A DNA stretch of 37,820 nt from Desulfofustis sp. (GTDB lineage: Bacteria; Desulfobacterota; Desulfobulbia; Desulfobulbales; Desulfocapsaceae): the NCBI GenBank assembly GCA_030145365.1, contig JAQYVS010000212.1, positions 1 through 37,820 of the forward strand, in the 5' to 3' direction. The notes under the pieces are model-generated. The model worked only from the letters and a program-made list of their open reading frames with translations. It had not been told where the DNA came from and ran no database searches. The first letter of the stretch is position 1, and every line of letters begins with the position of its first letter. This document shows, in pieces, positions 8,005 to 16,641 of the stretch. The position numbers and the translations under genes were made by a program.

Positions 8005-8149
8005 CTCATGTAGATTAGCTGTTCTATTGAGCCACCACAGGCCCGATTATACCAGAGTTCCAGATAGTCTCACCAGACTTTACTATATCACAAGTTAATG
8101 ATCGGTTAAATCAATCGAGCGAGAGATCTGGATTATCCGTGTCAAAAGA

Positions 8150-8767
8150 TCAGAGCAGGAATTTTATCAGCACAAAACCGCCGATAAGAAGCACCACGAA
8201 GACAATGGAGAGAATATTGAAGTACTTGTCGATATAGCGTTTTACCGGTTCTCCAAATTTCCAGATGAAAGCAGCAACCAGGAAGAAACGAGCAGATCGG
8301 GAAAGCAGGGAAACCAACAGGAAGGTGGTGAAGTTGAGTTTAAAAGCTCCGGCGGTAATAGTGAAGAGCTTGTAAGGCAAAGGAGTAAAGCCAGCAGCGC
8401 CGACCGCCCAGACATCGTAGTTTTGGTAGAGTTCCTGGACAGTATGATACTTGTGCTCCAGACCATACCAGCCGATTATCTGCTGTCCCAGTGAGTCCAT
8501 AAACCAGAGCCCAAGACCGTACCCAAAAGCACCGCCAAAAACTGAGCCGACGGAACAAATGGCTGCATACTTAAAGGCCTTGGTGGGGGCGGCGATGCAC
8601 ATGGCGATGAGAAATACATCGGGAGGTATCGGGAAAAAAGAGGACTCAACAAAGGCGATAAAGAAAAGCGTCCAGCCACCGTAAGGTCCAGCGATCCACT
8701 CCATACAATAATCATAGAGCTTTTTCACAGGGCCGCCGGCCATTTTCTCGTTGTCACTTCCAGCCAT
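8150..8767 (-). CDS. YqaA/DedA-type (VTT domain) inner-membrane protein
   Basis: 205 aa with multiple hydrophobic helices and a YqaA-like core (FFPIPPDVFLIAMC...GSVFGGAFGYGLG). ATG at 8767 overlaps the pcm 3' end by 14 nt. An alternative ATG at 8743 lies 10 nt after the pcm stop. Confidence 0.7.
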   Translation of the reverse strand: MAGSDNEKMAGGPVKKLYDYCMEWIAGPYGGWTLFFIAFVESSFFPIPPDVFLIAMCIAAPTKAFKYAAICSVGSVFGGAFGYGLGLWFMDSLGQQIIGWYGLEHKYHTVQELYQNYDVWAVGAAGFTPLPYKLFTITAGAFKLNFTTFLLVSLLSRSARFFLVAAFIWKFGEPVKRYIDKYFNILSIVFVVLLIGGFVLIKFLL

Positions 8768-9398
8768 GTTCCCCTACCAGGTCAACGAAGCGGACTCTCT
8801 CCAAATCGCGCACGACTATTTCATCGCCGTTTTTCTCAACAAGCTGTAAGACCTGCAGGTTCTGATCGCCGACCGGAATAACCAGTCTTCCCTGATCGGC
8901 AAGCTGATCAATCAATGGCCGCGGTATTTCCGGGCCTCCGGCGGTAACCATGATCGCGTCATAGGGACCGTGTTCCGCCCAGCCCAGGGTGCCGTCGTCC
9001 AGTTTTGCCACAATATTGAAATAGCGGAGCTGATCAAAGACTCTTCGCGAGCCGGCCAGAAGAACATTTATTCGCTCCACGGTATACACCTGGCTGCAGA
9101 GCCTGGAAAGAACTGCTGCCTGATAGCCAGAGCCGGTGCCAATCTCGAGAACCCGCTCACTGCCGGTCAGCGCTAAAGCCTGGGTCATTGCCGCGACAAT
9201 ATAGGGTTGGGAAATGGTCTGGCCTGAGGCAATGGGCAGGGGAAAATCACCGTAAGCTCGGGACCGCAGTGCATCATCTACAAAGAAATGACGAGGCACA
9301 CTGCGCATCGCTTCCAGAACATTAGTGCCTGAGATACCCCTCGGTATAAGCTGTTCCTGCACCATCCGATCCCGAATGGTGCCAAATCTGTCGTCCAC
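8754..9398 (-). CDS. pcm: Protein-L-isoaspartate O-methyltransferase
   Basis: 214 aa with a GTG start at 9398. It carries the Pcm signature GQTISQPYIVA and the SAM-binding motif VLEIGTGSGYQAAVL. Confidence 0.9.
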   Translation of the reverse strand: MDDRFGTIRDRMVQEQLIPRGISGTNVLEAMRSVPRHFFVDDALRSRAYGDFPLPIASGQTISQPYIVAAMTQALALTGSERVLEIGTGSGYQAAVLSRLCSQVYTVERINVLLAGSRRVFDQLRYFNIVAKLDDGTLGWAEHGPYDAIMVTAGGPEIPRPLIDQLADQGRLVIPVGDQNLQVLQLVEKNGDEIVVRDLERVRFVDLVGEHGWK

Positions 9399-9775
9399 TA
9401 CTGTTTCTCTTGCCCCGGTTCGAGAGGTTCAAATTCTCCCGACTCGGAAGCATTATATTGAATATCCTTCACCGTTTCACCTTCAAAGGTGACAATAATC
9501 CGATTATAACTTTTGGGACCAAACCACTTTCCGACATAGAACGTTCGCTGCGCGGTTGATTGCTCCTGCTCATAATAGAGCCAGCGTTCAGGTGCACCTG
9601 CCCCCTCCTGCCGTTCATCGGGATCACCAAGAAAGGTCAGGACATCGGTTTTTGTAGAACTTCCCGGGGTGATGAGACTGGCATCGGAAGCCAGATGTCT
9701 AACCGGCTTGTTCACACATCCCGACAGGATAACAATGCTTAGACAACAGACGAAAAATCTCAATAAAGCAGCCAT
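9398..9775 (-). CDS. Small lipoprotein, BamE/SmpA-OmlA-like
   Basis: 125 aa. The signal peptide ends in the lipobox ILSGC (Cys20). A TDVLTFLGDPD segment resembles the SmpA/OmlA fold signature. A GGAGA RBS is present. The stop overlaps the pcm GTG by 1 nt. Confidence 0.55.
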   Translation of the reverse strand: MAALLRFFVCCLSIVILSGCVNKPVRHLASDASLITPGSSTKTDVLTFLGDPDERQEGAGAPERWLYYEQEQSTAQRTFYVGKWFGPKSYNRIIVTFEGETVKDIQYNASESGEFEPLEPGQEKQ

Positions 9776-10061
9776 GGTATCTCCGGAATACGCCTCTGTT
9801 GTTTAGATTTTTATCATTTATATGCAGATTATCAGCGTTAGTGACCAGTCAGCACTACCACACTGATCACCCAAACCTAAGTGGTGATTACGGAATCCGG
9901 GCTCAGGGAAGAAGCGTACAACACGCTCTATAGCCTGTAGTATCCTATTTTTCAATAGTTATATGAGCTGCTCCCACCAATGAAAAGGCGCCGTAATCAT
10001 CTACATGCAGAAGCGTGCAGGGATCCGGCGCCGGTTAAAACAGCTGAAGAAGAAGTCTCTA

Positions 10062-11936
10062 TCAGTTTACGGCCTTATGTAAAATCCGATAATTACGTTC
10101 AACCATTTCCAATGGGTCGACGGTTAATCCGGCCTGAATCATCGCATTATCATAGATCTGCATGGCAATCTCGACGGCGAACGACTCGTCCGATTTCATC
10201 AGTTCTGCCAGTTTGCATATCAGGTCGCTATCAGTATTTATCTCAAGGTTTTTCTTGGAGATCTCACCCAGCATACCTTTTTCCAGGCGACCTGCCGCCA
10301 TCACTCGTTCCATCGACGAGGTCATATAGCTGTCCGGGTTGACGATCATAGCCGGGGAATCAACCAAGCGAGCTGATTTCGAGACGTCGGCCACTTTTTC
10401 TTTAAGCGTCTCTTTGAGCCAGGAGATGAGATCTTTACTTTCTGTTTCGGCAAGTCCCTGATCCAATTTTTCCTTCTCGCTCTCCGGTACATCCCCCTTG
10501 TCATCTAAAGAAAGATCAGCCCTGTCTGCAGATACGAATTTTTTACCGTCAAATTCAGCAAGATGACTCAGGACAAAATCGTCTATGGGTTCGGTGGTGT
10601 AAAGAATTTCCACATCCTTTTTCTTAAACATCTCCACATAAGGTCCCGCTTCAATCGCTTCCCTGCTCGGTCCGTTAATATAGTAGATTTCCTCCTGATC
10701 TGGATTCATGCGAAGTAGGTATTCGGCCAGGCCGATAGGCGTCGCATTTTTCGATTTAGATGATTCAAAACGCAGCAGCTTTCCAAGTTCACTGCGATAC
10801 TCGAAATCGCTGGTAACACCTTCTTTCAAATAAATGCCGAATGTCTCCCAGAATTTCAGATAGGATTCTTCATCCTTTTTGGCTTCCTCATTGAGATGCT
10901 TGAGAAAACGTTTGGTAATCACCCTTCTGATTTTTGCCACCAGCGCGCTGTCCTGCAGCTGCTGCCGGGAAATATTGAGCGGCAGATCCTCACTGTCAAC
11001 AACGCCTTTGAGAAATCGCAGCCATTCAGGCAAAATCGTTTCTGAATCCTGATCGATCAAAATTTTCTGACAATACAGATTCACTCCTGGACTTACCCGA
11101 CCAAAACCCATGATTTCAAAATTCTCCTTGGGAACGAAGAGCAAAGCGTTGATTGCCAATGGTGCATCTGTTGAAAAATGCAAACGATAGGTCGGGTCAT
11201 CGGAAGTATTGGCAATGAACTTATAAAATTCCAGATATTCTTCATCCGTTATTTCAGAGCGATTCCGCGCCCAGAGCGCCTGGACCGTGTTGATCGTTTC
11301 CCCGTCAAGCTTGATTGGAAACGGGACAAAGGATGAGTACTGCTTGACAACTGACTCCACCTTGTATTTCTTGGCATAATCCTCACACCCTTCTTTGAGC
11401 GAAACAATGATTTTCGTCCCGCGGTGCAATCCAGGGCACTCACTGATCTCAAACGATCCGGTACCATCTGAAACCCATTCGTATCCTTCGCTGCCATCCC
11501 AGGAACGACTCTGCACCCGCACTTTGGAGCCAGCCATGAACGCTGCATAAAAGCCGACACCGAATTGACCGATTAAACTGACATCTTTACGCGCCGCTTC
11601 GGCGAGCTCCGCTAAGAAAGAATTAGATCCGGAATGCGCAATGGTACCGAGATTGGAAATCAATTCATCTTTGCTCATCCCGATACCAGTGTCGGTAATC
11701 GTTATTTGTTTTTTATCTTCATCAAGGTCAATGATTATCTCCAAGGGCACATGAGCATCAAAGAGATCCTCCTGGTTCCTGGTTAAACTCTCGTGGCGAA
11801 ATTTTTCAAGAGCATCCGCCGCATTTGAAATCAGTTCCCTGACAAACACATCGCGCTCGGTATAGAGTGAATTGATAACGATATCGAGCAGTTTTTGGGT
11901 CTCTGTCTGAAATTCGTGGGTTGTTGCTGTACTCAT
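10062..11936 (-). CDS. htpG: Molecular chaperone HtpG (Hsp90)
   Basis: The track ORF extends to 12128, but Hsp90 homology begins at ATG 11936 (MSTATTHEFQTETQKLLDIVINSLYTERDVFVRELISNAADALEK) with a GAGG RBS. The GHKL ATPase motifs (DTGIGM, GQFGVGFYAAF) are present. Length 624 aa. Confidence 0.95.
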   Translation of the reverse strand: MSTATTHEFQTETQKLLDIVINSLYTERDVFVRELISNAADALEKFRHESLTRNQEDLFDAHVPLEIIIDLDEDKKQITITDTGIGMSKDELISNLGTIAHSGSNSFLAELAEAARKDVSLIGQFGVGFYAAFMAGSKVRVQSRSWDGSEGYEWVSDGTGSFEISECPGLHRGTKIIVSLKEGCEDYAKKYKVESVVKQYSSFVPFPIKLDGETINTVQALWARNRSEITDEEYLEFYKFIANTSDDPTYRLHFSTDAPLAINALLFVPKENFEIMGFGRVSPGVNLYCQKILIDQDSETILPEWLRFLKGVVDSEDLPLNISRQQLQDSALVAKIRRVITKRFLKHLNEEAKKDEESYLKFWETFGIYLKEGVTSDFEYRSELGKLLRFESSKSKNATPIGLAEYLLRMNPDQEEIYYINGPSREAIEAGPYVEMFKKKDVEILYTTEPIDDFVLSHLAEFDGKKFVSADRADLSLDDKGDVPESEKEKLDQGLAETESKDLISWLKETLKEKVADVSKSARLVDSPAMIVNPDSYMTSSMERVMAAGRLEKGMLGEISKKNLEINTDSDLICKLAELMKSDESFAVEIAMQIYDNAMIQAGLTVDPLEMVERNYRILHKAVN

Positions 11937-11966
11937 AATAACCTCATTGTATTGATAATTAGTAAT

Positions 11967-11999
11967 GCAAGCAGGCAGCCGTTTACGGGGCCTGCTTGC
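11967..11999 (-). promoter_or_regulatory. GC-rich stem-loop in the presumed htpG 5' leader
   Basis: GCAAGCAGGC (11967-11976) and GCCTGCTTGC (11990-11999) are exact complements, with an inner CCG/CGG pairing in the loop. On the htpG transcript it ends about 30 nt upstream of the AUG and does not include the SD. Confidence 0.4.
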
Positions 12000-12383
12000 T
12001 ATTTTCATTAAAGTCGGCGAAAATATTAACCATGGATAATTGGCTGTCAACCTTTGCTGCACCACCATAACAAACCTCTTGCCCACTGGATTCAGCATGA
12101 AAATGATCGCGGTGGCCGACAGGCACATGTCAGCGAGGCATCTTCATCATATTGATGACAGAGGCGGGGCCGATCTGCACGACCTGACCCGAATGGTAAA
12201 CAACTCAGTCTGTCTGGCAGGGGGTGGAGAATCCAATTGCACCCCGCTTAACACCCCTTCAGAATTCATGGAAAGCGAGCTGGCAGCATTTGTAAAAAAC
12301 GATTATTTACAGGCTCTGGAATGCTGAAAATTGTGGCTGGCTGGCAATTATAATTGAAAAATCAAATAGTGACGTAACCCTTC

Positions 12384-13781
12384 ATGACTAATTTTAAAGA
12401 TACTATTATCATCGGTGCCGGCATAAGCGGCCTGGTTGTTGCTCATAACCTGAAACGTATGCAGCCAGATCATGATTTTCTTCTGCTTGAGCAAGACAGT
12501 GGCACCGGCGGCGTTATCAAATCTTTCTCCGATAACGGCTATCTGGCAGAGTGTGGTCCGCACGGCTTTCTCGATAATTGTGGTGAGAGCCGGCAGCTGC
12601 TTGCCGATACAGGACTTGAGGCTGAGTGTGTGCGGGCTCCGCTCAAGACCTTTGTCCGCTATGTCTGTATCAACTCCAAATTGATGATGATTCCCCAGTC
12701 GCCGTTGAAAATCATCTCTGCCCCCCTGATTTCCTGGCCCGATAAATTCAGAGTTCTCGGTGATCTGTTTAAAAAACCGCTGGAGGGAGAACCCACTGTT
12801 GCAAAATGGGCAGATTACCGATTCGGTAAAGCCCTGCTACCCTATGTTGATGCAGTGTTCACCGGAACCTATGCCGGAGATTTCAACGAGTTGAAAATCG
12901 ATGCCGTGATGCCTGGCGTTCGACAACTTGAAAAAGAGCACGGCTCGATTATCCGGGGAGCTATTGCCAAAGCACGACAGGCGAGAAAAAAGAAGGCACA
13001 AGGCGAAAAGCTTCAGATGCCGTCAATGACGAGCTTTGCAGGAGGCATGCAGAGACTGCCAGAAAGACTTACCGAGCTTCTTGGTACCGGCAGCTTACGA
13101 CTCAACACTGAAGCACGTGAAATCGAAAAACACGAATCCGGCTGGCTTGTTAAAACCAAAAACGAAACATTTGTTGCAAAAAATCTCGTTCTTGGGTTGC
13201 CAATCAACCAGAGCCTTGGCCTTCTTGCTGAATTAGACAAAACTGCCGCTGACATGCGGGTACCTGAAGCCTGGATTGGAACCATTGTATTTGGTTTTGA
13301 AAAGGCCAGCCTTCCCCCCGGTTTTGGATTTCTGATCCCGGAAAGCGAACAGCGTTTTTCCCTGGGTACATTATTTTCCTCGAATATGTTTCCCAACCGT
13401 GCCCCTGATTCTCATATCGTTTTTGAAACCCTGGTCGGTGGAAGAAGACATCCGGAACGGCTGGAGCTCGACGATAAGACCTTGATAACCGAGGCCCTGG
13501 CCGATGTAAAAGGCCTTATCGATTTACCCGACACTCCGGATTACACAAAGATATTACGGCCATCGGGCGGCATTCCTCAACAGGAAAAAGGCTACACCAA
13601 GCTTCTGAATTGGCGTAACACTCTGGTTCAAAACAATCCGGGACTATTCGTCTGTGGTTTTGGCTGGGAGGGTATTGGGCTGAACGATATGATTAAGACG
13701 GCCTGTTCGGTAGCTGCGCAAATTAGTGCCAATCCATCACAGCACCAGGATCAGGCCGATGTAAAGAAGGTCTATTTCTAG
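12384..13781 (+). CDS. FAD-dependent protoporphyrinogen/coproporphyrinogen III oxidase family protein (HemY/CgoX-like)
   Basis: 465 aa. The N-terminal dinucleotide fold is IIIGAGISGLVVAHNL. The C-terminal block GFGWEGIGLNDMIKTA is typical of HemY-type oxidases. The assignment rests on motif recall only. Confidence 0.6.
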   Translation: MTNFKDTIIIGAGISGLVVAHNLKRMQPDHDFLLLEQDSGTGGVIKSFSDNGYLAECGPHGFLDNCGESRQLLADTGLEAECVRAPLKTFVRYVCINSKLMMIPQSPLKIISAPLISWPDKFRVLGDLFKKPLEGEPTVAKWADYRFGKALLPYVDAVFTGTYAGDFNELKIDAVMPGVRQLEKEHGSIIRGAIAKARQARKKKAQGEKLQMPSMTSFAGGMQRLPERLTELLGTGSLRLNTEAREIEKHESGWLVKTKNETFVAKNLVLGLPINQSLGLLAELDKTAADMRVPEAWIGTIVFGFEKASLPPGFGFLIPESEQRFSLGTLFSSNMFPNRAPDSHIVFETLVGGRRHPERLELDDKTLITEALADVKGLIDLPDTPDYTKILRPSGGIPQQEKGYTKLLNWRNTLVQNNPGLFVCGFGWEGIGLNDMIKTACSVAAQISANPSQHQDQADVKKVYF

Positions 13782-13795
13782 AAACTGGAAATAAC

Positions 13796-15118
13796 TCAGA
13801 GTTGGCGAACCTTATCGCTTAAATATTTCAATTGGGCGGATACAGAGTTGTCTCGTCTACTCAATCCACTCACCACTTTAATGGAGTGCATCACCGTTGA
13901 ATGATCGCGTTTGAATACTTTGCCGATATCGGCCAGAGTATCTTCTGTATGCTTCCGGCTCAGATACATCGCTACCTGCCGTGGAAAGGCAACAGATCGC
14001 TTTCGCGTCTTTGATTGCATCTCATCCAGGCTCACCTTAAACTGTCTGCCAACCAGTTCACTAATAGTGCGAGCCGTTAATGTTTTGGTCGATCCGGTTA
14101 AAAACTGAACCACCTCTTCGATCAGCTTTTCATTCACCGTATTATTATTCAAAGCTGCCCGGGCACCAATGGCAATTATCGTCGATTCAATCTGTCTGAC
14201 ATCGCCCGTAACATATTGAGCCAGATAATCAACAAAGACATCGGGAAGATTGATATTTTGCTGGGCAGCCTTTTTCATGATAATACGGCAGCGTGTATCG
14301 AGATCCGGTTTATGAATTGAAGTGATGAGTCCCGAAGACATCCGGGACCGGAAATCGTCATCGATATCAGCCAGTTCCCGCGGAGTTTTGTTAGCCGTCA
14401 TTACCACGCGTTTCCCCGATTTGATCAAATAATCAAGGACTTCATTTAACTCCTGTTGGGTTTTTTTCTTGCCAGTCAGACTCTGCATATCTTCAACAAG
14501 AAGGATATCACACCGCTCCTGATATTTACGCTTGAAATTGTCCATTGCATTGGATCTGATGTTCTGCACCATTTCTGCGGCAAACTGCTGGGCAGTCAGA
14601 TAATGTAAACGAGTCATTGGCTGACTGTCGAGAATCTGGTGAGCAATGGCATGGGTTAAGTGGGTTTTACCCAGACCTGTTGTGCTGTTGATATAAAGAC
14701 AGGGACCGATCGAATCATCGAGAATAGACATTGACCGGCAAGCCGATTGAGCCAGAATGTTGGATTGACCTACCATGAAATCATCAAAAGTATAACGGGG
14801 ATGAAGCGACCGAACCATGGACTTTCCTTCCGGCAATGAAGGCAGCCGTAACTGGTTCGGTGCGGAGCCGTCAATTGCCGAGCCTCCATCTTCTTTGATG
14901 GCAACCGTTTCAATAGCCCCGTCGAGCTCAATCACTTTATGAGTAATCAGTTCCAGGTAATTCTGGGTCACATAGGCGCCAAAGTATCGATCGGGGCAGG
15001 AGAGTACAAGCTGTGACCCGGTTCGTCCTGATACTTTCAACGGCTCAATCCACAACGAAAAAACACTTTCTGATAGGCTACTCTGTAGGGTTTCTTTGGC
15101 TTTTTCCCAGACCATCAT
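13796..15118 (-). CDS. dnaA: Chromosomal replication initiator protein DnaA
   Basis: The track ORF starts at TTG 15127; ATG codons lie at 15118 and 15115. Motifs present are Walker A GLGKTHL, Walker B ILLVEDMQ, and the C-terminal DNA-binding signature FPRQVAMYLSRKHTEDTLADIGKVFKRDHSTVMHS. Confidence 0.95.
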   Translation of the reverse strand: MMVWEKAKETLQSSLSESVFSLWIEPLKVSGRTGSQLVLSCPDRYFGAYVTQNYLELITHKVIELDGAIETVAIKEDGGSAIDGSAPNQLRLPSLPEGKSMVRSLHPRYTFDDFMVGQSNILAQSACRSMSILDDSIGPCLYINSTTGLGKTHLTHAIAHQILDSQPMTRLHYLTAQQFAAEMVQNIRSNAMDNFKRKYQERCDILLVEDMQSLTGKKKTQQELNEVLDYLIKSGKRVVMTANKTPRELADIDDDFRSRMSSGLITSIHKPDLDTRCRIIMKKAAQQNINLPDVFVDYLAQYVTGDVRQIESTIIAIGARAALNNNTVNEKLIEEVVQFLTGSTKTLTARTISELVGRQFKVSLDEMQSKTRKRSVAFPRQVAMYLSRKHTEDTLADIGKVFKRDHSTVMHSIKVVSGLSRRDNSVSAQLKYLSDKVRQL

Positions 15119-15127
15119 AATCCGCAA

Positions 15128-15681
15128 ACAAGAATAATTATTGATTAATCGTCATTTCAGGCAATTTAGCCGGAAACAGAAATAAGTAAAACTTAGAACA
15201 AGCTAACTAAAACTATAAAGACAACAAACGAACTAACAGATATTTACAGCAGGAACTCTTCTCTGTATGAAGGCAACAGGGAAATAGAATATGACAGGAT
15301 ATAAAACCTATTTTATGAATTCGGTCAAAGACGATTTGCCCAGATTTTTCTTCGAGGTTGGTATGTTACCAACATTGGTCCTCAGTACCCGAAAGCGGGG
15401 GGATAACACAGGCTTTCCTCTTAAATCTCTTATTGCAAGAGGCTTTGAAACCATCCGGGTTTTTCAACGTTATCCTAACCTTTTAGAAACAGATCGGTAA
15501 TCTTATCAACAATGTACTCAAATAATTAAACTCAATATTACTGAATAAATCTAAAATATAATGAAAATTAATCCATATTTGGCCAATGATTTACAAGGTT
15601 CTTTGTGATACCGGGAGGTCCAACCCAAAATCCCATCTGCAATTTTTTTATTATTTTTTTTAATAATTACTAGTCTGAACG
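15128..15681. other. 554-bp AT-rich non-coding region upstream of dnaA: dnaA promoter region and candidate oriC (or part of it)
   Basis: Three degenerate DnaA-box-like 9-mers share a TTATC core: 15397-15405 GGGGGATAA (reverse complement TTATCCCCC), 15470-15478 TTATCCTAA and 15503-15511 TTATCAACA (1 mismatch to TTATCCACA). AT-rich tracts lie at 15521-15580, and 15641-15669 is a 29-nt run of pure A/T. The global strand switch lies nearby. Confidence 0.35.
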
Positions 15682-16440
15682 TTAGGCCCGTGCCAATGTC
15701 CAAACAGCGACTTCGGCCGCCCCAGCTTTTTTTAAGGCCCTGGTACATTCAACAACCGTTGTTCCGGTGGTAAAAACATCATCAACCAGGCAGATTCGCC
15801 TATTTTTTATATCCGTTCCTGATTTCACAGAAAACGCCCCTCTAAGATTTTTCCTTCGCTCGGAACCGCTCAGACCCGTTTGCGCTTGCGTATTTTTTGT
15901 TCTGATTAACAGGGACGGCTGAATTTTATTGATATCATCGGTGAAGATCAATTTTGCCAGGATCAACGACTGGTTCAGGCCTCTTGCCTGTAGACGGGTT
16001 CGGTGCAGGGGCACCGGGACAATCAGATCATACCCAGTGAGCTTTTTTTGGTCTTCTCTTCTTTTTGCCAGCCAGGCGAGGGAAAAGGCGGCGGCGGTAT
16101 CACCCTTAAATTTGAGTCTGTGCAGAAAATCGCTTACCGGGGATTGATAATGGGCCAGAGAACGAGCAGAGTTAAAAATCGGCTGCTTCTTCAAACAGGA
16201 TAGACAAAATCTATCTTCAACCCCGGCTCCGGGCCGCAGATCTGCCCCGCAACAGCAGCAGGATGGTGAACTCAAAAACTTCACCTGCGACAGGCATTCA
16301 CCGCACAACTGTCCCTTTTCTCCCGGCTCCAGAGATTGCCTACAGGCACCACATCCAGGTGGAAACAAAATATCCAGAAAACCGCCAACCAAAGAATTTA
16401 ATCCATTTTTTCCTGCTATTGAGTGATCAGGAAATCTCAT
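15682..16440 (-). CDS. comF: ComF-family protein (amidophosphoribosyltransferase-like)
   Basis: 252 aa. N-terminal double CxxC zinc-finger-like motifs are present (CGAC...CGEC, CCCC...CLSC). The C-terminal PRTase motif is ICLVDDVFTTGTT. Confidence 0.85.
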   Translation of the reverse strand: MRFPDHSIAGKNGLNSLVGGFLDILFPPGCGACRQSLEPGEKGQLCGECLSQVKFLSSPSCCCCGADLRPGAGVEDRFCLSCLKKQPIFNSARSLAHYQSPVSDFLHRLKFKGDTAAAFSLAWLAKRREDQKKLTGYDLIVPVPLHRTRLQARGLNQSLILAKLIFTDDINKIQPSLLIRTKNTQAQTGLSGSERRKNLRGAFSVKSGTDIKNRRICLVDDVFTTGTTVVECTRALKKAGAAEVAVWTLARA

Positions 16441-16641
16441 AATTTTATATGCTTATCTAAGATATTTTCTTATAGCCCCGATTTTTCATTCTGTGATCCC
16501 TACATTGCATTTTTCAACAAACATGGCATAATGGACGCGATCTTTATATTGTTCTTTATTTTCGTTTGATTATCAAGATGATATAAATCAGCGAAGCAGC
16601 TGTTGGCTTTGTTTTGACACCCTTCAGAAAAGGAATAATCC

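Noticed and set aside
10024-10033. Palindrome CCGGCGCCGG downstream of htpG as a terminator
   Set aside because: - It is too short to form a hairpin with a viable loop.
- A longer pairing (GGCGCCG at 9985-9991 with CGGCGCC at 10026-10032, followed by TTTTC on the minus strand) is possible. Its 34-nt loop makes a terminator call weak.
11937-12128. 64-codon N-terminal extension of htpG
   Set aside because: - Hsp90 homology begins at ATG 11936, which has a GAGG RBS.
- The extension has no homology and contains the leader hairpin.
12040-12327. 95-aa plus-strand ORF in the htpG/hemY intergenic region
   Set aside because: - It starts at TTG.
- The internal ATG (12097) has no RBS.
- No motif is recognisable.
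- It cannot be excluded as a small gene in this unusually long 447-bp spacer, but it is unsupported.
15291-15500. 69-aa plus-strand ORF upstream of dnaA
   Set aside because: - It lies in the AT-rich putative origin/promoter region.
- It spans the DnaA-box-like sites and palindromes.
- It has no RBS and no recognisable domain.
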